Positions 1 to 11,939 of a stretch of 64,000 nucleotides of DNA are shown piece by piece. Source of the DNA: Selaginella moellendorffii. Lineage: Eukaryota; Plantae; Lycopodiophyta. How positions within the stretch are numbered: the stretch's first letter is position 1; each line of letters begins with the position of its first letter. The notes under the pieces are model-generated. The model searched no databases. It was not told where the DNA came from and saw only the letters and a list, made by a program, of their open reading frames with translations. Location: contig NW_003314325.1 in NCBI RefSeq assembly GCF_000143415.4, positions 460,567-524,566 of the forward strand, written 5' to 3'. The translations under genes and the position numbers were made by a program.

Positions 1-3000
1 GCCTTTGTCTCAAAAACTTGCCGAGATGTCAATGGCGAGTACAATGTAGTGTTCGTTGCCATCGTCGGCAAGGCTGACTTTTTCGAGTTTTTGGTCTGCT
101 GGAATTGATGGAATGTAGGCAACTTTGTTGTGGTTATCGACTGTGAATGCCGGTGGCGCTTCGAGTTTTGTATCTCGAGTGACTGGATTTTTCAGTGCTG
201 ATGTAATCGGGGGTCGTTCTCGTTGGAAGTCGGCGACAATTCGGAAGAGGTCGATCTCGGCCAAAGGTTCGAGATCGGGGTAGGCTGTGAGAATTTGTTG
301 TTCTTGATAGTTGTCGAGGCCATCTTCGAGATTATATTCTTCCAAGTCAATAGGTCGGTTGTGGCTGGACAGTGATTTAGTCGCTTTTGTCGACACAGTT
401 GTTGGTCCGTCTGGTCCGTGAAGGATAAGATTGTCATTGGGCCAATCTTGATAAACTTGGGCAGTTCAGAGCCAAGGTCGACCGAGGAGAATTGAGTATC
501 CGTCGGTCTGCTCCGGTAGTTTGAGGACGACATAGTTGACTGGTATTTTGACGCCTTGAATGGTGGTGTTGACTTTTCGGATGATGCCTTTGGGTTGAAC
601 AGATCGGTGGTCGGCCATTCGGACATTGAAAGGTGCTGGGTGAACTGGGCCAATGTTGAGTTGTTGAACAAGACTTTCTTCAATAATATTAACGCTGGAG
701 CCGCCGTCAATTATGGCTCCTCGAACAAGATGTTTGTCGAGTCGTAGGTCGATTGTCGGAACATCATTGTCACAATCGCCTGGTTGAATCTCGGTTCAAA
801 ATGTGTCAACAGCTGTCTGTGTTGAGTTGAGTGTGGGCGAGTCTATCAAAGTGTTGGTCGGTGCAGATGTCAGATCAGTGAGCTGTTTGGTGAGGTAGGG
901 TGCAATCTTCAGCAGTTGGCCAATGGTGATCTGAATATTTTGGTTGAGGATAGTCTCTGCGACTGCTTGGATTTTGTCGAAGTTTGCCGAATTGTGTTCT
1001 GGTGTCGGTGTCGATGTTGGACGATTTGTCTGTCCGTTTTCTGGTATTGAGTCTTGGCATTGTTGTCGAGCTAGTGATGGTTGAGCTTCATTGTCGGAGT
1101 CTAAAATCACTAATTCGGATGGGTGTAGAGCGAGTTGCTGCTGTATCTTGGCAGCTAACTTCTGCTTCTTTTTCCATTCCCGGAGTTTTGTCGGGCTCTC
1201 AGGGCCTTTCTCTTCACTATCTCCGGAATCTCTATCCGGTTGTTGTTGTTTTTCTGCTCGAATTTGTGCTCGGGTTTGTACTGCCATGACTTGAGGATCT
1301 GAGTCGTCATTGTCGGCATAAGGTAGTTCGTCGGTCTCGACCATCCTTGTTGTTGGTGGTTGCTGCTGGTTCTGATCTTGTTGTCGAGGAGGCGGTGGAC
1401 CAAGTCTCGGCGAACCGCCTTGGTTTTGAAGTCGAGGTTGCCATAGTCGGTTGTTGTAGTTGCCTTGGTAGGCCTGGTCTTGATAACCTTGGCCTTGGTA
1501 TCTTCGGTTTTGGTATCTTGGGTATTGTTGGTATCCTTGGTTGTAGTTGTCTCGGTTTGCCGGGTAGTTCCGGTTCGGCAGGTATTGTCGATCGTTGTAG
1601 TTGTTGTTGTAGTCGTTGTTGTAATTGTTGTAGTTGTTGTAGCGAGGTTGATCATTCCATTGTCGACTCTGGTGTTGGAAGTTGTTTCTGAGCGGTCTCC
1701 AGTTTGTTGGAGGTGGTGCTTGGTGATTGTCGAAGTATTGATTTGGATATGCTTGTCGAAACTGCTGTCGGGGAGAGTTCGAGACTTGTCGAACTTCTGG
1801 AGAATTTCAAAATCTGCAAGTCTTGGCGTCATGACCTTCTTTGGCACAGATTTGGCATTTGGAGATTTGGAGTTTGCAGTCACTTGCCGGATGTCCTTCG
1901 TTCTTGCACTTAGTACACCAAATTCCAGATCGAAATTCTTTGATGTCGGTCTTGGCTTTTCCCTTGAGCTTGTCGATTGTTTTCCTGAGTTTCCGAAGCT
2001 TTGACTTGGTGCTCTCTCCGAGTTCATCGTCAGAGTCGTCATCGGAACTGCTATCAGAATCTGAGTTATCTGTGTCATCTACTTGTGCTGTCATTCGTCG
2101 AGCTTGAACATCTTGAAGGGCTCTTGCGAGTTCGAGGTAAGTGGCAACGTTGATGTGTGTTGCTGCTTCTCGGAGGGATCGTCGGAGTCCTTGCATGTAC
2201 CATTGGTAAAGTAATGTTTCGGTGGCACTGTTTCCGCATTTGCTAGCATGTCGAGTGAAGGTTTGAGTGTAGTCGTTGATAGATTGACCGGACTTCTGCT
2301 TGAGTTTTTGGATCTTGTGAAGTCGTTAACTTTGAGTGAGGGAAGACTTGAATCGGTCTACGAGTTTGAGTGTGAGGTCGTCAAAACTTGTATTTTGAGG
2401 AAGCGTTTGAGCCCATTCGTTGGCTCTCTTTCGAAGGGTACATCGGAAATAGTATGGAAGTTCGGTCGTCTGGTTGTTGATTCGGATGGCTTCTCGGAAC
2501 TGTTCAACATGTTTCTCGGCATCTTCTGACTTCAGACCATGAAATAGTGGATAGGAGACGTGTCTTCCGACTGGTATGTTGGCGACGGCAGTAGTGACTG
2601 CCATTTGCTGTTGGTAATAATGTCGGTATTGTCGAGGTTGTTTTGTCAGGTTGTTACTGTGGAGTCCTNNNNNNNNNNNNNNNNNNNNNNNNNNNNNNNN
2701 NNNNNNNNNNNNNNNNNNNNNNNNNNNNNNNNNNNNNNNNNNNNNNNNNNNNNNNNNNNNNNNNNNNNNNNNNNNNNNNNNNNGACTGTTGTCGGGTGTG
2801 TCTTCGACGTCGTCGTAGTCGTCGGTGTCGGGTTGCTTGCCGGTGTTGATTTTCGGAAGATGGTGGTCGAACTTGTTGTCGACGTACTTGTCGGAGTTAT
2901 GTTGTGTTGGTTGTGGTTGTTCTTTTAAATTGTGAAAGAGTTCTTCGATCGTATAGTTGTGTGGTGATTGTGGTTGCTGTGGAAGATTGTTGTCGTCGAC

Positions 3001-4885
3001 AATTGGTTCGTCGATCTCGTTGTTGTTGGATGATTGTAGCTGTTCGGCAGGTCGATGTGAGTTGTTGATGTGGAGTGCTTGACTATTGGACGATTCAGGT
3101 TGTTCGTCTTTACTGCTGCTGACTGGGTATATTGGAGTGCAACTGTAATTGGTGAAGTCGAGTTGTTGTCTCGTCGGTGCGTTGAAGTCGAAAGCGTGTT
3201 CGAAAGGTCTTGCTGATAGCGGGCTTCGATAGATGTTGGAAGCAAATGTAGGATATATTGGTGTTGTGAAGATCGGTCGGTATGGCGAAAATGGTGCTGG
3301 TCTGGTGAAGTCTGTGAAGCTGGGTGGGAAACTTGGTCGTTCGTTGTCACTATAGATGGGGTTGGTGAATGTACCTTTGAAGTGGTTGTATGCTGCTTGA
3401 AAAATGTTTTGTTGCTCGGGCGTAGTCTGTGTCGACTGCTCGAATGTTCGGTTGGGCTCGGGCACTTTGGTGGGTGCCGTCAAGGGTGCTGATTCAGGCT
3501 CGGGCACTTCGGTGGGTGCTGTCGAGGGTGCTGCCGGTGGTGTGTCCGGTGGTGTTGTGTAGTTGTCGTATTCTTTGCGGATGTCCGATACTGATTCGTC
3601 GGAGTTAGCTCGCGGTAATAATTCGTGTCGGATGTAATTCTCTCTCTTGGAGGGTCTAAGAATTTGATTCAACTTCTCTTGGTCTTTCTTTCTCTTTATT
3701 TCTAAATTCTTCAAATCTCTATCTAAACGTCGGATAAGCCGTTGTCGGTCTTCTTCCGACTTGCTGGATGTTCTTCATGGTTTTGGATACATGCATTCTT
3801 CTACTGGTTGTCGGTGTCAGATTTGTGTCTGCAGTCAATCATGCAGTTCGGGCAGAACTTTGGGAAGACTGTCGGTGGGCCAATTGTTGATAAAGTCGTC
3901 GTGAGCTTGTTCTTTCTTTTCAGTGCAAATATCGACGGTGGTGTGTGTTGGGTTGGGTTGTGGTCAGCCGAGTTGTGTTGGGTCGAGTGTGTTGGTGCAG
4001 TATGCAAACTAGTCTTCCACGTGCTGGTGCCGAGATGGAGTTCAATGAAGAGTTTCGGATATTCGGGTTTGTCTGGAATGATTTCTTCGATAATGTCGTC
4101 GAGTTGTTCGAGTCCGGATTGGGCGATGGCGTGATTGGCGAGAGTTGTTGCAGCGAACGTGTTGAGTTCGAACCGAGTTCGGACTGTTGTTTCAGTGCTG
4201 AGCTGCTGACTTTGTCGGAGGGGTTGTCGAAAAATCGGTGGTGCGTTGTGAAGTTGTCCCTCGACAAGTTGTCCAATACCGGGTAACAAAGTGATGGGTT
4301 CGTCGTTGGTGTAGGTTTTGAGGATGTGCTTCGGTATTTGGAGTGGGCGCAGGAATTGGACTTGTGTCGGAACGCTAGGATTGCTGGGTCGACGATTGCA
4401 CAGAAGATGGGTTCGTTTCGGTAGTGGTGTCGGTTTGTGTCGAGGGCGCTGGTTGATGTCTCGAACTTGGAGTGGGTGGTCTTGTGCTCGGAGATGGAGT
4501 TTGCCAATGAAGCTGCTAAGGGCATTTGCTGATGAAGGTGCTGGTAGATTGGAGTTTCTTGTCAAAGAGAGTCGTTGGTGTTCTCCGTCGGTGATTGGAC
4601 TTGGAGATCTCGAGAGAGAGCTTGCAGATTCTTCAAAAATCTCCTCTGGAAAGTTTCTGTCTTTACTGCATTGGGCAGCAACCGCTTGGACGCCGTTGAT
4701 CCATGGTGGCAGTGGCATTTGCGTGTTGAATTTGGGCGAATGTACGAATTAGGGCGTATTTTGGGCGAATTTGGGCAAGATGGGTAGATTTCTGGATCGT
4801 TCTTGCTATCTGCGCACAGAGAATGGAGAAAAAAATGGAAGAATTTGTGAACCTGAAGGGGAATTCAGAAGCCATGGTCGCCAAA
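1..4885 (-). mobile_element. Degenerate Ty3/Gypsy-type LTR retrotransposon (gag + aspartic protease; continues off the left edge)
   Basis: Minus-strand ORF pieces 2326-3714, 1807-2196, 796-1344 and 10-396 share one reading frame, split by TGA/TAA stops. They contain a retrotrans_gag-like region (YPLFHG..DAEKHVEQF..), two CCHC knuckles (CTKCKNEGHPASDC, CQICAKEGHDAKTC) and a retropepsin-like IIDGGSSVNII...ILLGRPWL segment at ~700-470. A PBS-like TGGCGACC at 4883-4876 follows a ...CA end at 4886-4887. Confidence 0.85.
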
Positions 4886-5100
4886 TGAAGAGGTGAGAAA
4901 ACTCCTCTTCTCTGGAAATCTATTGTTAGTAAGAAAACAAAAGAGAAAATGGCCCGATCTCCAAGGGCAGAGAAGAAGCACGAGTAAAAGAATGCTGTGT
5001 ATTGATAAGAAAAACGATGGAATGGAGATAGGGATCCATAATTTGGATTCCCCCTTTTGAAATGCTAGCGGTTTTAACTGCTAGCATATACCATATGCTG
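4886..5100 (-). repeat. Probable truncated 5' LTR of the Gypsy element
   Basis: Ends in CA 2 nt before the TGG PBS-like motif on the minus strand. The far boundary is not identifiable and the partner LTR is not in the window. Confidence 0.35.
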
Positions 5101-5169
5101 TGCATGATTTAATCTATGGCTCCGATGCAGCCCTGGGTTCAAAGTTGGAGTCCCCTGAACCTTGTTTTT

Positions 5170-6235
5170 GGTTGAGACAGGCCTTCACCGCACTCGTCAA
5201 GGAGAATGAGCAGCTCGTTGTCAATCAGCTTCGAGGTGTCTGCATAGCGGACCTCCACGCTCGTGAACGATCCAGGCGCCAGTATTTCTTTCACCTCCGC
5301 CCAGAGTCACGGGCGTTCGAAATCCCAGCTGCTTCTCAATGCACTCGTTCTGAAGCCAGCGCTTCTGTCTCCCCACGGTTGTCATGACAGTTTCCACTGC
5401 CATGGCTTCTGTAGCATATACGTGCAACCTTGTGTAGCTTAGCCTCGAGCTGCTTTTGTAGCAAAGTTAGTCCTTTTTGCCATGAGAGTGTTCTAGGCCA
5501 TTCTTGGCCTATTAAAAATGATCCAGTCGGCTGTTGTTCATCCCCGACAGATCCATTTAATTGAGCTTCCAGTGTATCTAACGAGGATGGAAAGTTTGAG
5601 ACAAGTCCCTGTAGAAGCTTCCACTGAACGATCGATTCTTGCAGCTCCTGCTGGACTTTTTCCCACTGGTGTAGTGAAAGTTCTTACCTTTGCTGTTCCT
5701 CCTCGAATGCTTGAAATTGTGCTGCTCCTTCATCATCTTTAGGACACCCTCTAACTGCGTTGCAGCTCCTCGGCAAGTGATGTAGGCTGTGAACACAGTT
5801 CTAATCTTTTCACTCTTGCTCATACCACTGCTCCAAATGAGTTACCCTGGTGATCCAAGCGCTCGTCACTCGAAGGTGGAGTTTTTGGGCAAAAACTTCA
5901 CGAAAGAAAGTCTATTGCCGCAGCCTTGTCGAGGTAGCAGAGCTTTGGACTGCAGTTGGAATGACAGCCACCGACGCCTCATGAAGTATGTGAGTGGATA
6001 GGTTGCCTCATGAAGCATGTGAATCAGCTCGATGAAAGCATAGGCCCATGGATTGCTGTTCTGCCCAGGCACAGACACAAGAGCTAGTTTTCCACCATGA
6101 GCGGCGAGCAACGATTCAGATAATTCTAATGCCAAGATTCAGGCCAGAAAATCTCACAAAATGCAGTCTTGCCTCTTGTGGGGACGATCCATCGCCCTCT
6201 CAGTAGCGCCAATGCGAACCTTAAAACGTTTGAGG
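5170..6235 (-). pseudogene. DEAH11/12-like RBR-helicase remnant (copy A)
   Basis: Highly similar in DNA to 13020-13560 and 23900-24220/63400-63700 (e.g. SVPGQNSNPWAYAFIEL, KNFHYTSGKKSSRSCK). Frameshifted and internally deleted. Confidence 0.75.
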
Positions 6236-6771
6236 GGGAACGAGGAGTTCTACCTTTCCAAAAAGTACAGCATGGCCACCATGCCAAAGCTGATCATCCA
6301 TGGGGAACTAGCCACTCCCTCCTTTCGATTCTACAGCGAAGCACCTTCTCTTCCCGCTTATTGAAGAGCCATGGTTCTAAACAAAACTTCGAAGGATTGC
6401 TAAAAATTTCTAGAACTGCCTTTTTTGCAGCTCAACGGATTACTTTTCAAAGAAAGGAGTATAATTGAAGTCTGAGAATTTCCAGGATAAAAATCCAATT
6501 ATCACAATCTAAAAGTCACCTGAAAAAAACATTCAAAAGGTTTTTATGAGTTACTCAACAAGGAGAAGTTCAAGAATTTCAAGGTCTCACATAAGGAACT
6601 AGCTATTAAGTTCTTAGAGATCAAACTTGATGAAATTGTTGAGTTTGATTAAATAAATTGCTTGTACTCACAGAGAGCATTGCAGATTGAAGCATACAAG
6701 AGGTAAAATGATCAAGATCTGATGATCTTCCATCGTTAGGAATTTGAAAATCATCGTAACCTGGGTTCTGG

Positions 6772-7128
6772 CTAAGAGCGCTTGCTTTGATGGACTTGCA
6801 AAGCCTTGTCACGCTCCAAAGCAACCTTGGTTCTCAAGTCCTCGGGAATCCGATAGTAGTTGTCGCTATCCTTGGTGTCCATCTTCACGGCAATTTCATA
6901 CACCTTTCTCTTGTGAGCAATCTCCCGCTCCTCCCTCTTGCTTAGCTTCTCGCCCTCAAACAAGAATTTCTCGTCTAACAAACTGTCTCTGAGCTGCGCC
7001 ATTATTTTTTCTTGCCTAGTCTTGAGATACTTTTGACGAGAACGAGCCCTCAACGCCTCTATCATTCTCCGTTTCATCTCTTCCTCGTGTTGGGACATGT
7101 CTACCTCCTTCTTTGAAGTGTTCACCAT
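6772..7128 (-). CDS. Stand-alone N-terminal fragment of a DHX16/Prp2/ESP3-type spliceosomal DEAH helicase (118 aa; possibly a pseudogene)
   Basis: LRARSRQKYLKTRQEKIMAQLRDSLLDEKFLFEGEKLSKREEREIAHKRKVYEI...YRIP resembles the conserved pre-helicase N-terminal segment of Prp2/DHX16 proteins. No helicase motifs follow. A TATA-like CTATTTAAG lies ~30 nt upstream. Confidence 0.55.
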   Translation of the reverse strand: MVNTSKKEVDMSQHEEEMKRRMIEALRARSRQKYLKTRQEKIMAQLRDSLLDEKFLFEGEKLSKREEREIAHKRKVYEIAVKMDTKDSDNYYRIPEDLRTKVALERDKALQVHQSKRS

Positions 7129-7274
7129 TTTCTTGCAACCCTAGAACTTGGAATCCCTTAAATAGTTTGATCCTTGCCTTTTGAAGAGAATATACTTAGA
7201 ATATGCTCAAGCGTGAAACCATTATCATTTTGGAAATTAGGGTTCTTCGCATTTTTTTCTCCTTTTTTGTGGCC

Positions 7275-8990
7275 ATGGCTCGCTGGCTGCGCAGGCTCAA
7301 TCCACTCATGTCCGCCGCGCAGTCCGAGGCGGCCTCTCCGATCCCGATCTCTCCGGCGCTGGCGGCGTTCCGAGAGCGATTGGCAAGCGATGCGCCGGAG
7401 CTTAAGGATTTCGTGAGCCAGGGCTCGGGTGTGGAAGGCTACTCGGTGGCGGTGGGGACGCGGGAGGATCCGCGGCGCAAGCCGGATTGGATGAAGCGGA
7501 TCATTCCAGGTGGGGAGAAGTACACGAGGATCAAATCGCAGCTGAGGGAGCTCAAATTGAATACCGTGTGTGAGGAGGCCAAATGCCCAAATATTGGAGA
7601 GTGCTGGAGCGGTGGCGACACGGGCACGGCCACTGCGACGATCATGATCCTGGGGGATACGTGCACCAGAGGCTGCCGGTAAGCTTTCTTCTTTCTTGCT
7701 AGTTTGTTCTTGGATGCATTGCTGGTTTGCTGGACAGTATTGGTTTTTCTTCTTGGTACTCTAGATCTTTTCTTTCTCAACATACTAGATCATTGCTCCA
7801 TTTTTTTAGATCTTTTCTTTCTCAGCATACTAGATCATTGCTCCATTGTTTCTTTCTTTGTACTCTTTCTCGACATACTAGATCTGGTTTTGTCTTGGTA
7901 CTCTCTTCTCCATTGTTTCGTTCTTGGTACTGTTCAACACATTGTTTTTTTTCTTGGTAGTTTGCTTGCTCTAACTAGATAACGTTGAGTTCTTCACCAT
8001 TGCTAGCTTTCTCTTGCGATTCCATGCTGGTTTGCTTTCTGTTTATTTTGCGTGAAGTTTCATTGTTAGTTTTTTCCATTCCTTTGTGAAGCTACTTGTA
8101 CACTTTTTTTCTTTCTCGTGTTAACATTTTTCTCGTTCCTGACGTGCAGATTTTGTGCAGTGAAGACATCGCGAGCTCCACCTCCACCTGATGCAGACGA
8201 GCCAGCCAAAGTTGCTGAAGCGATTGCCTCTTGGGACCTCGAGTATGTGGTGCTCACGAGCGTGGACCGGGATGATTTACCCGATCAAGGAAGCGGGCAC
8301 TTCGCCGAGACAGTGAGGAGGATCAAGCAACGCAAGCCGGGCATGCTGGTTGAGGCCTTAGGTGAGCTTATGCCAACATCTGGAGGAACTAACGTCGTCT
8401 TCTGTCGCAGTTCCCGACTTTCGAGGCGATCCCGACTGCGTGGAGAAAGTGGCCACCTCTGGACTGGACGTCTTTGCGCACAACATAGAAACCGTGCAAG
8501 AGCTACAGAGCTCGGTCCGAGACAGGCGAGCAAACTTCCAGCAATCCATCAACGTCTTGAAGATGGCCAAGCTGAAAGGTCCTCGCGGGGTTCTCACCAA
8601 GACCTCGATCATGCTGGGCTGTGGCGAGACATCTTCACAGGTTTTGGAGACCATGGCCAGAGTGAGAGACGCCGGCGTGGACGTGATGACTTTCGGGCAG
8701 TACATGCGACCGACGAAGAAACACATGCCAGTGTCCGAGTACGTGACTCCGGAAGCGTTCGAGAACTATCGAAGAATCGGAATGGAAATGGTACGTTTTC
8801 GAAGTTTCGAAGTGTTTTTGGTTTTTTTTTTTTTTGCCAGCTGAAGCGTGACAATCTCTTTTTCCTTTGTTTCTTACAGGGATTTCGATATGTGGCTTCT
8901 GGCCCAATGGTGAGATCCTCCTACAAAGCTGGAGAGTTCTACATCAAAGCGATGCTCGATGCAGATAGAGAGGCAGCGATGGTTTCATAG
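7275..8990 (+). CDS. LIP1: Lipoyl synthase, mitochondrial-type (radical SAM); exons 7275-7678, 8150-8361, 8411-8790, 8880-8990
   Basis: [13 protein letters not shown] (CX4CX5C), CTRGCR|FC (CX3CX2C) across intron 1, [30 protein letters not shown] and the C-terminal GPMVRSSY motif. GT-AG introns restore the frame. Arg-rich N-terminal presequence. Confidence 0.96.
7760..7885 (+). repeat. ~45-bp tandem repeat (2-3 copies) in LIP1 intron 1
   Basis: Repeated tagatcttttctttctca(a/g)catactagatcattgctccatt. Confidence 0.7.
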
Positions 8991-9234
8991 AAAAACATTA
9001 AAGGTATGATTCTTTCGCGCGGAGATTGATTCCGATTTAACACAAGCCGTCGGATTCTCCACGTCACCGATTCCCGCGGCGGAGGATCGTGCGGCCTAGC
9101 GGCGCCCCTCCAGATCCGCCGCTTGGCCTCTTCCTCTTCGAGTGTAACTCTTGGCCACTTTGGCCAAAGAGTCGAGCTCTTGAAGAGGAGGAGGAGGAAG
9201 AACTTGGGCGATCGAACAAACGAAGTAGAAGATC

Positions 9235-9666
9235 ATGGCTCGACGGAGGAAGAGCCGGAGCCGGAGCCGGGGTGGCAAGAAAATCCGCGTGCCAAAGATG
9301 AAACTCGCGGTGCGCGATGCTCTGGCGTCGCTCAAAGCCAAGAGAGGTGTCACAGCTGCGGCGGTGGCCCGGAAGATCAAGAAGAAGTATGGAAACGATC
9401 TCCCCAAGCGCTTCCAGGCCCAGGTGGGGCGATCGCTGCGCGGGCTGGTCCGAGCGGGGCGGCTGGAGCGTGTGCGCGGCCGCTTTGCGGTGGCCACTGG
9501 CAAGAGTGGACGAGGCGGGCGACGTAAAAGAGGTGGACGGTCGAGATCGAGATCGACGTCGCGGAAGGGCGGGCGGCGCCGCCGCCGCCGGGGTGGACGG
9601 CGATCGCGATCGCGGTCGCGGTCGAGGAAGGGCGGGCGGCGCCGCCGGCGTCGCAGACGCCACTAG
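9235..9666 (+). CDS. Histone H1-derived arginine-rich protamine-like (PL) protein, 143 aa, intronless
   Basis: The central segment DALASLKAKRGVTAAAVARKIKKKYGNDLPKRFQAQVGRSLRGLVRAGRLERVRGRF aligns to the H1 winged-helix (GH1) pattern. Tails are RS/GGR/poly-R rich. Manual count: ~46 Arg and ~16 Lys in 143 aa. Confidence 0.8.
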   Translation: MARRRKSRSRSRGGKKIRVPKMKLAVRDALASLKAKRGVTAAAVARKIKKKYGNDLPKRFQAQVGRSLRGLVRAGRLERVRGRFAVATGKSGRGGRRKRGGRSRSRSTSRKGGRRRRRRGGRRSRSRSRSRKGGRRRRRRRRH

Positions 9667-10559
9667 AAAATGGTGCGGGCGCATATTCCTTTGACTCGTT
9701 GGTTATTTTTGTGGTTCTTTTACGTGTTTGTGGAGGTTTTTGGTGCAGGAATCAGAGACGCATTCGATGATGAGATCCATGACAAGAACATCCTTTAATT
9801 TTTTCGAAAATGCCACTATTTGACGAATAAAATTTTGAGATTAGATCCGACCTCGAGCTTCTTCCTAATTTCTTCTTTAGCTCCTCCCACTTTTTTTTTA
9901 TCCAAGCCCGCCCCATCCGTTTGGAAGTTCCGCTCTAAATCCAGCAACGAATTCATTAGTTTTCGCCTTGCATTGCAGCAAGAAAGGGAAGCAAATCATC
10001 GGACAGTCGACATGGGCTTTTCCAGCGAAGTAGGTCGTCTCGCGAGCCGACTCTGCGCACTAGACAATTACACACAGTGTTTCGAATTAGAGTTTTCATG
10101 AAGAACTTGCAAACTTTGGACTGGGCTGGTGCTTGAAAGGAAAAAAGTAGAAAAAATGATTGTGATTTCAATGGACCTCATGTCGTCCAGTGTCTGCTGG
10201 CATTTCAGGTAATGAAAAGACGACGTTTAACTTTGAAGCAGCGAACTCTATCTACGACTATGTTCCAGCGCTTCTACTGCAGATCCCACTTCATTGCGAC
10301 CAAAGAAGTGGCAGCGTCCAAGGACTGGTATCCAGGGATGAGTTCACAAGCACGGAAAGACTTGAAATTGTAACCACCATTTGAAGAACCCATCATCTGG
10401 TAAGAAGCTGCAAGGATGATCCCTCTGCGACTAAGGCGTCTGCTGTGGTTAAATTGGAGTTTCGAACGTCCAAGGAGAGTACTGGTAGTCTACACCAGAT
10501 CCGATCTGGCTCATTTGGTTCGTATGAATACTGGACGGCGTGCTTGAATGACGTCTCTG

Positions 10560-11700
10560 GGTACATTCTGGAAAACGAGGCTTATTACATTGATTCAAGG
10601 AAATTTTGACCTAGTTAAAGAAAATTAGAGGGATTGTAGAATTATAAATTTTTATTAGAGATTATTATTTAAAATAAAATGTATTTTTTATAATAGTAAG
10701 ATAGAATTGGCTGAAGTAAGAACAGTATAAAAAATAGTTGTGTGTATACAGAATTTTATAATAACTGCAAGCAAGGTGATTTAAGTTTTTATGGAAGTAA
10801 AATTGCATTTTATGGTATATTTGGTAGTAAATACAAAAATATTTTTCTGTTATATAGTTTTTTTGGGGTTTAAAATCTAAATGTAATATAATAAGAATAC
10901 AGTCAATTTAAACTATTAAAACTCACTATATAGTATTCAGAAATATTACTTGATAGGCTGATATAACATTTGAAATTTTGCCTAATTTTCAAACATTTCA
11001 GAGTGATTTTTTCTAAATGTAATGTTCTATTTATTCTTTTATAATTATATATAAATATATTCTTAAACAGCTCAGTTCTATGCAAGTTGATGAGATCCCT
11101 TAAAATATTAACTATCCAATTAATAGGAAGCTAGAACTTCTTACATCTTAAGAATTTAATGAACCATTGTACTTTCTAAGATTTCCTCACCAATCAAATT
11201 AATCTAATGCTTTGTGATCCTTTTTATAAAGTCATTTTCTTTGTAATAATCAAATGTGCATATTTATTATCAAAATATATTGAACAATAACCAGCTGTTT
11301 CTTGATTAAAATGTAAAACTTACGTATCTTTTTGTTATGTGTGTGTACTTTATTACTTCATATTAAAGCATCTATTTAATTCTATGTAGGCCAGAATAGA
11401 CGGATTCTTTGTTAGTCTCTATATATAACTTAAATAACAAAAGCACATTTTAAATATATACTCTGAATATCTATTAATATTGCTGCACGGATTCTTTTGT
11501 ACTCTTTCTCTTTCTCCAGCTTCCCTCCACTTGCTCGGCTTGTTTGTTCAGGGAGCATTTCCTCCCTTCTCATCTCTCTTTTGCTGAATTGGAGAGTTCT
11601 TATGGGACAAATCCTGACCCTTATCTTACTTAAGAATATGCGTGGTATAAAGGTTAGCGTTTGAGGGTTGCATCAGTGAGATCGATTCGATTGATTCTCC
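10560..11700 (+). repeat. AT-rich spacer of the amplified module (copy 1)
   Basis: Colinear with 16850-17740 and 19020-19380, and inverted at 27180-29510. Confidence 0.8.
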
Positions 11701-11939
11701 CGCCTGCCAGGTAATCGATCGCCAAGCTCGGTCGCTCATGGAAACCTAATTATTTGTGCCGCCCAGACTGTGGTCGCGCATCGGAGCTACATCTTGTTCC
11801 AAAGCTCTTCTCAAGGCCCTCTTTGATTGCATTGCTTCGTTCCTCCAGATAAGGGATTAAACGTATCTTAAACGTATCTTTTCAATACAGTAGGGACAAG
11901 AACAGCTACCTGTGGGTTCTAGACATTTCCTTTTTGAGG

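Noticed and set aside
984-4752. Long plus-strand Val/Leu-rich ORFs (e.g. 1465-2004, 3742-4134)
   Set aside because: Antisense shadows of the Gln/Asn/Thr-rich Gypsy gag; no independent evidence.
9064-9694. Overlapping ORFs in other frames at the protamine-like locus
   Set aside because: By-products of very high GC content; only 9235-9666 matches a known fold.
9820-10560. Coding-like sequence downstream of the protamine-like gene
   Set aside because: Short broken ORFs with no identifiable family.
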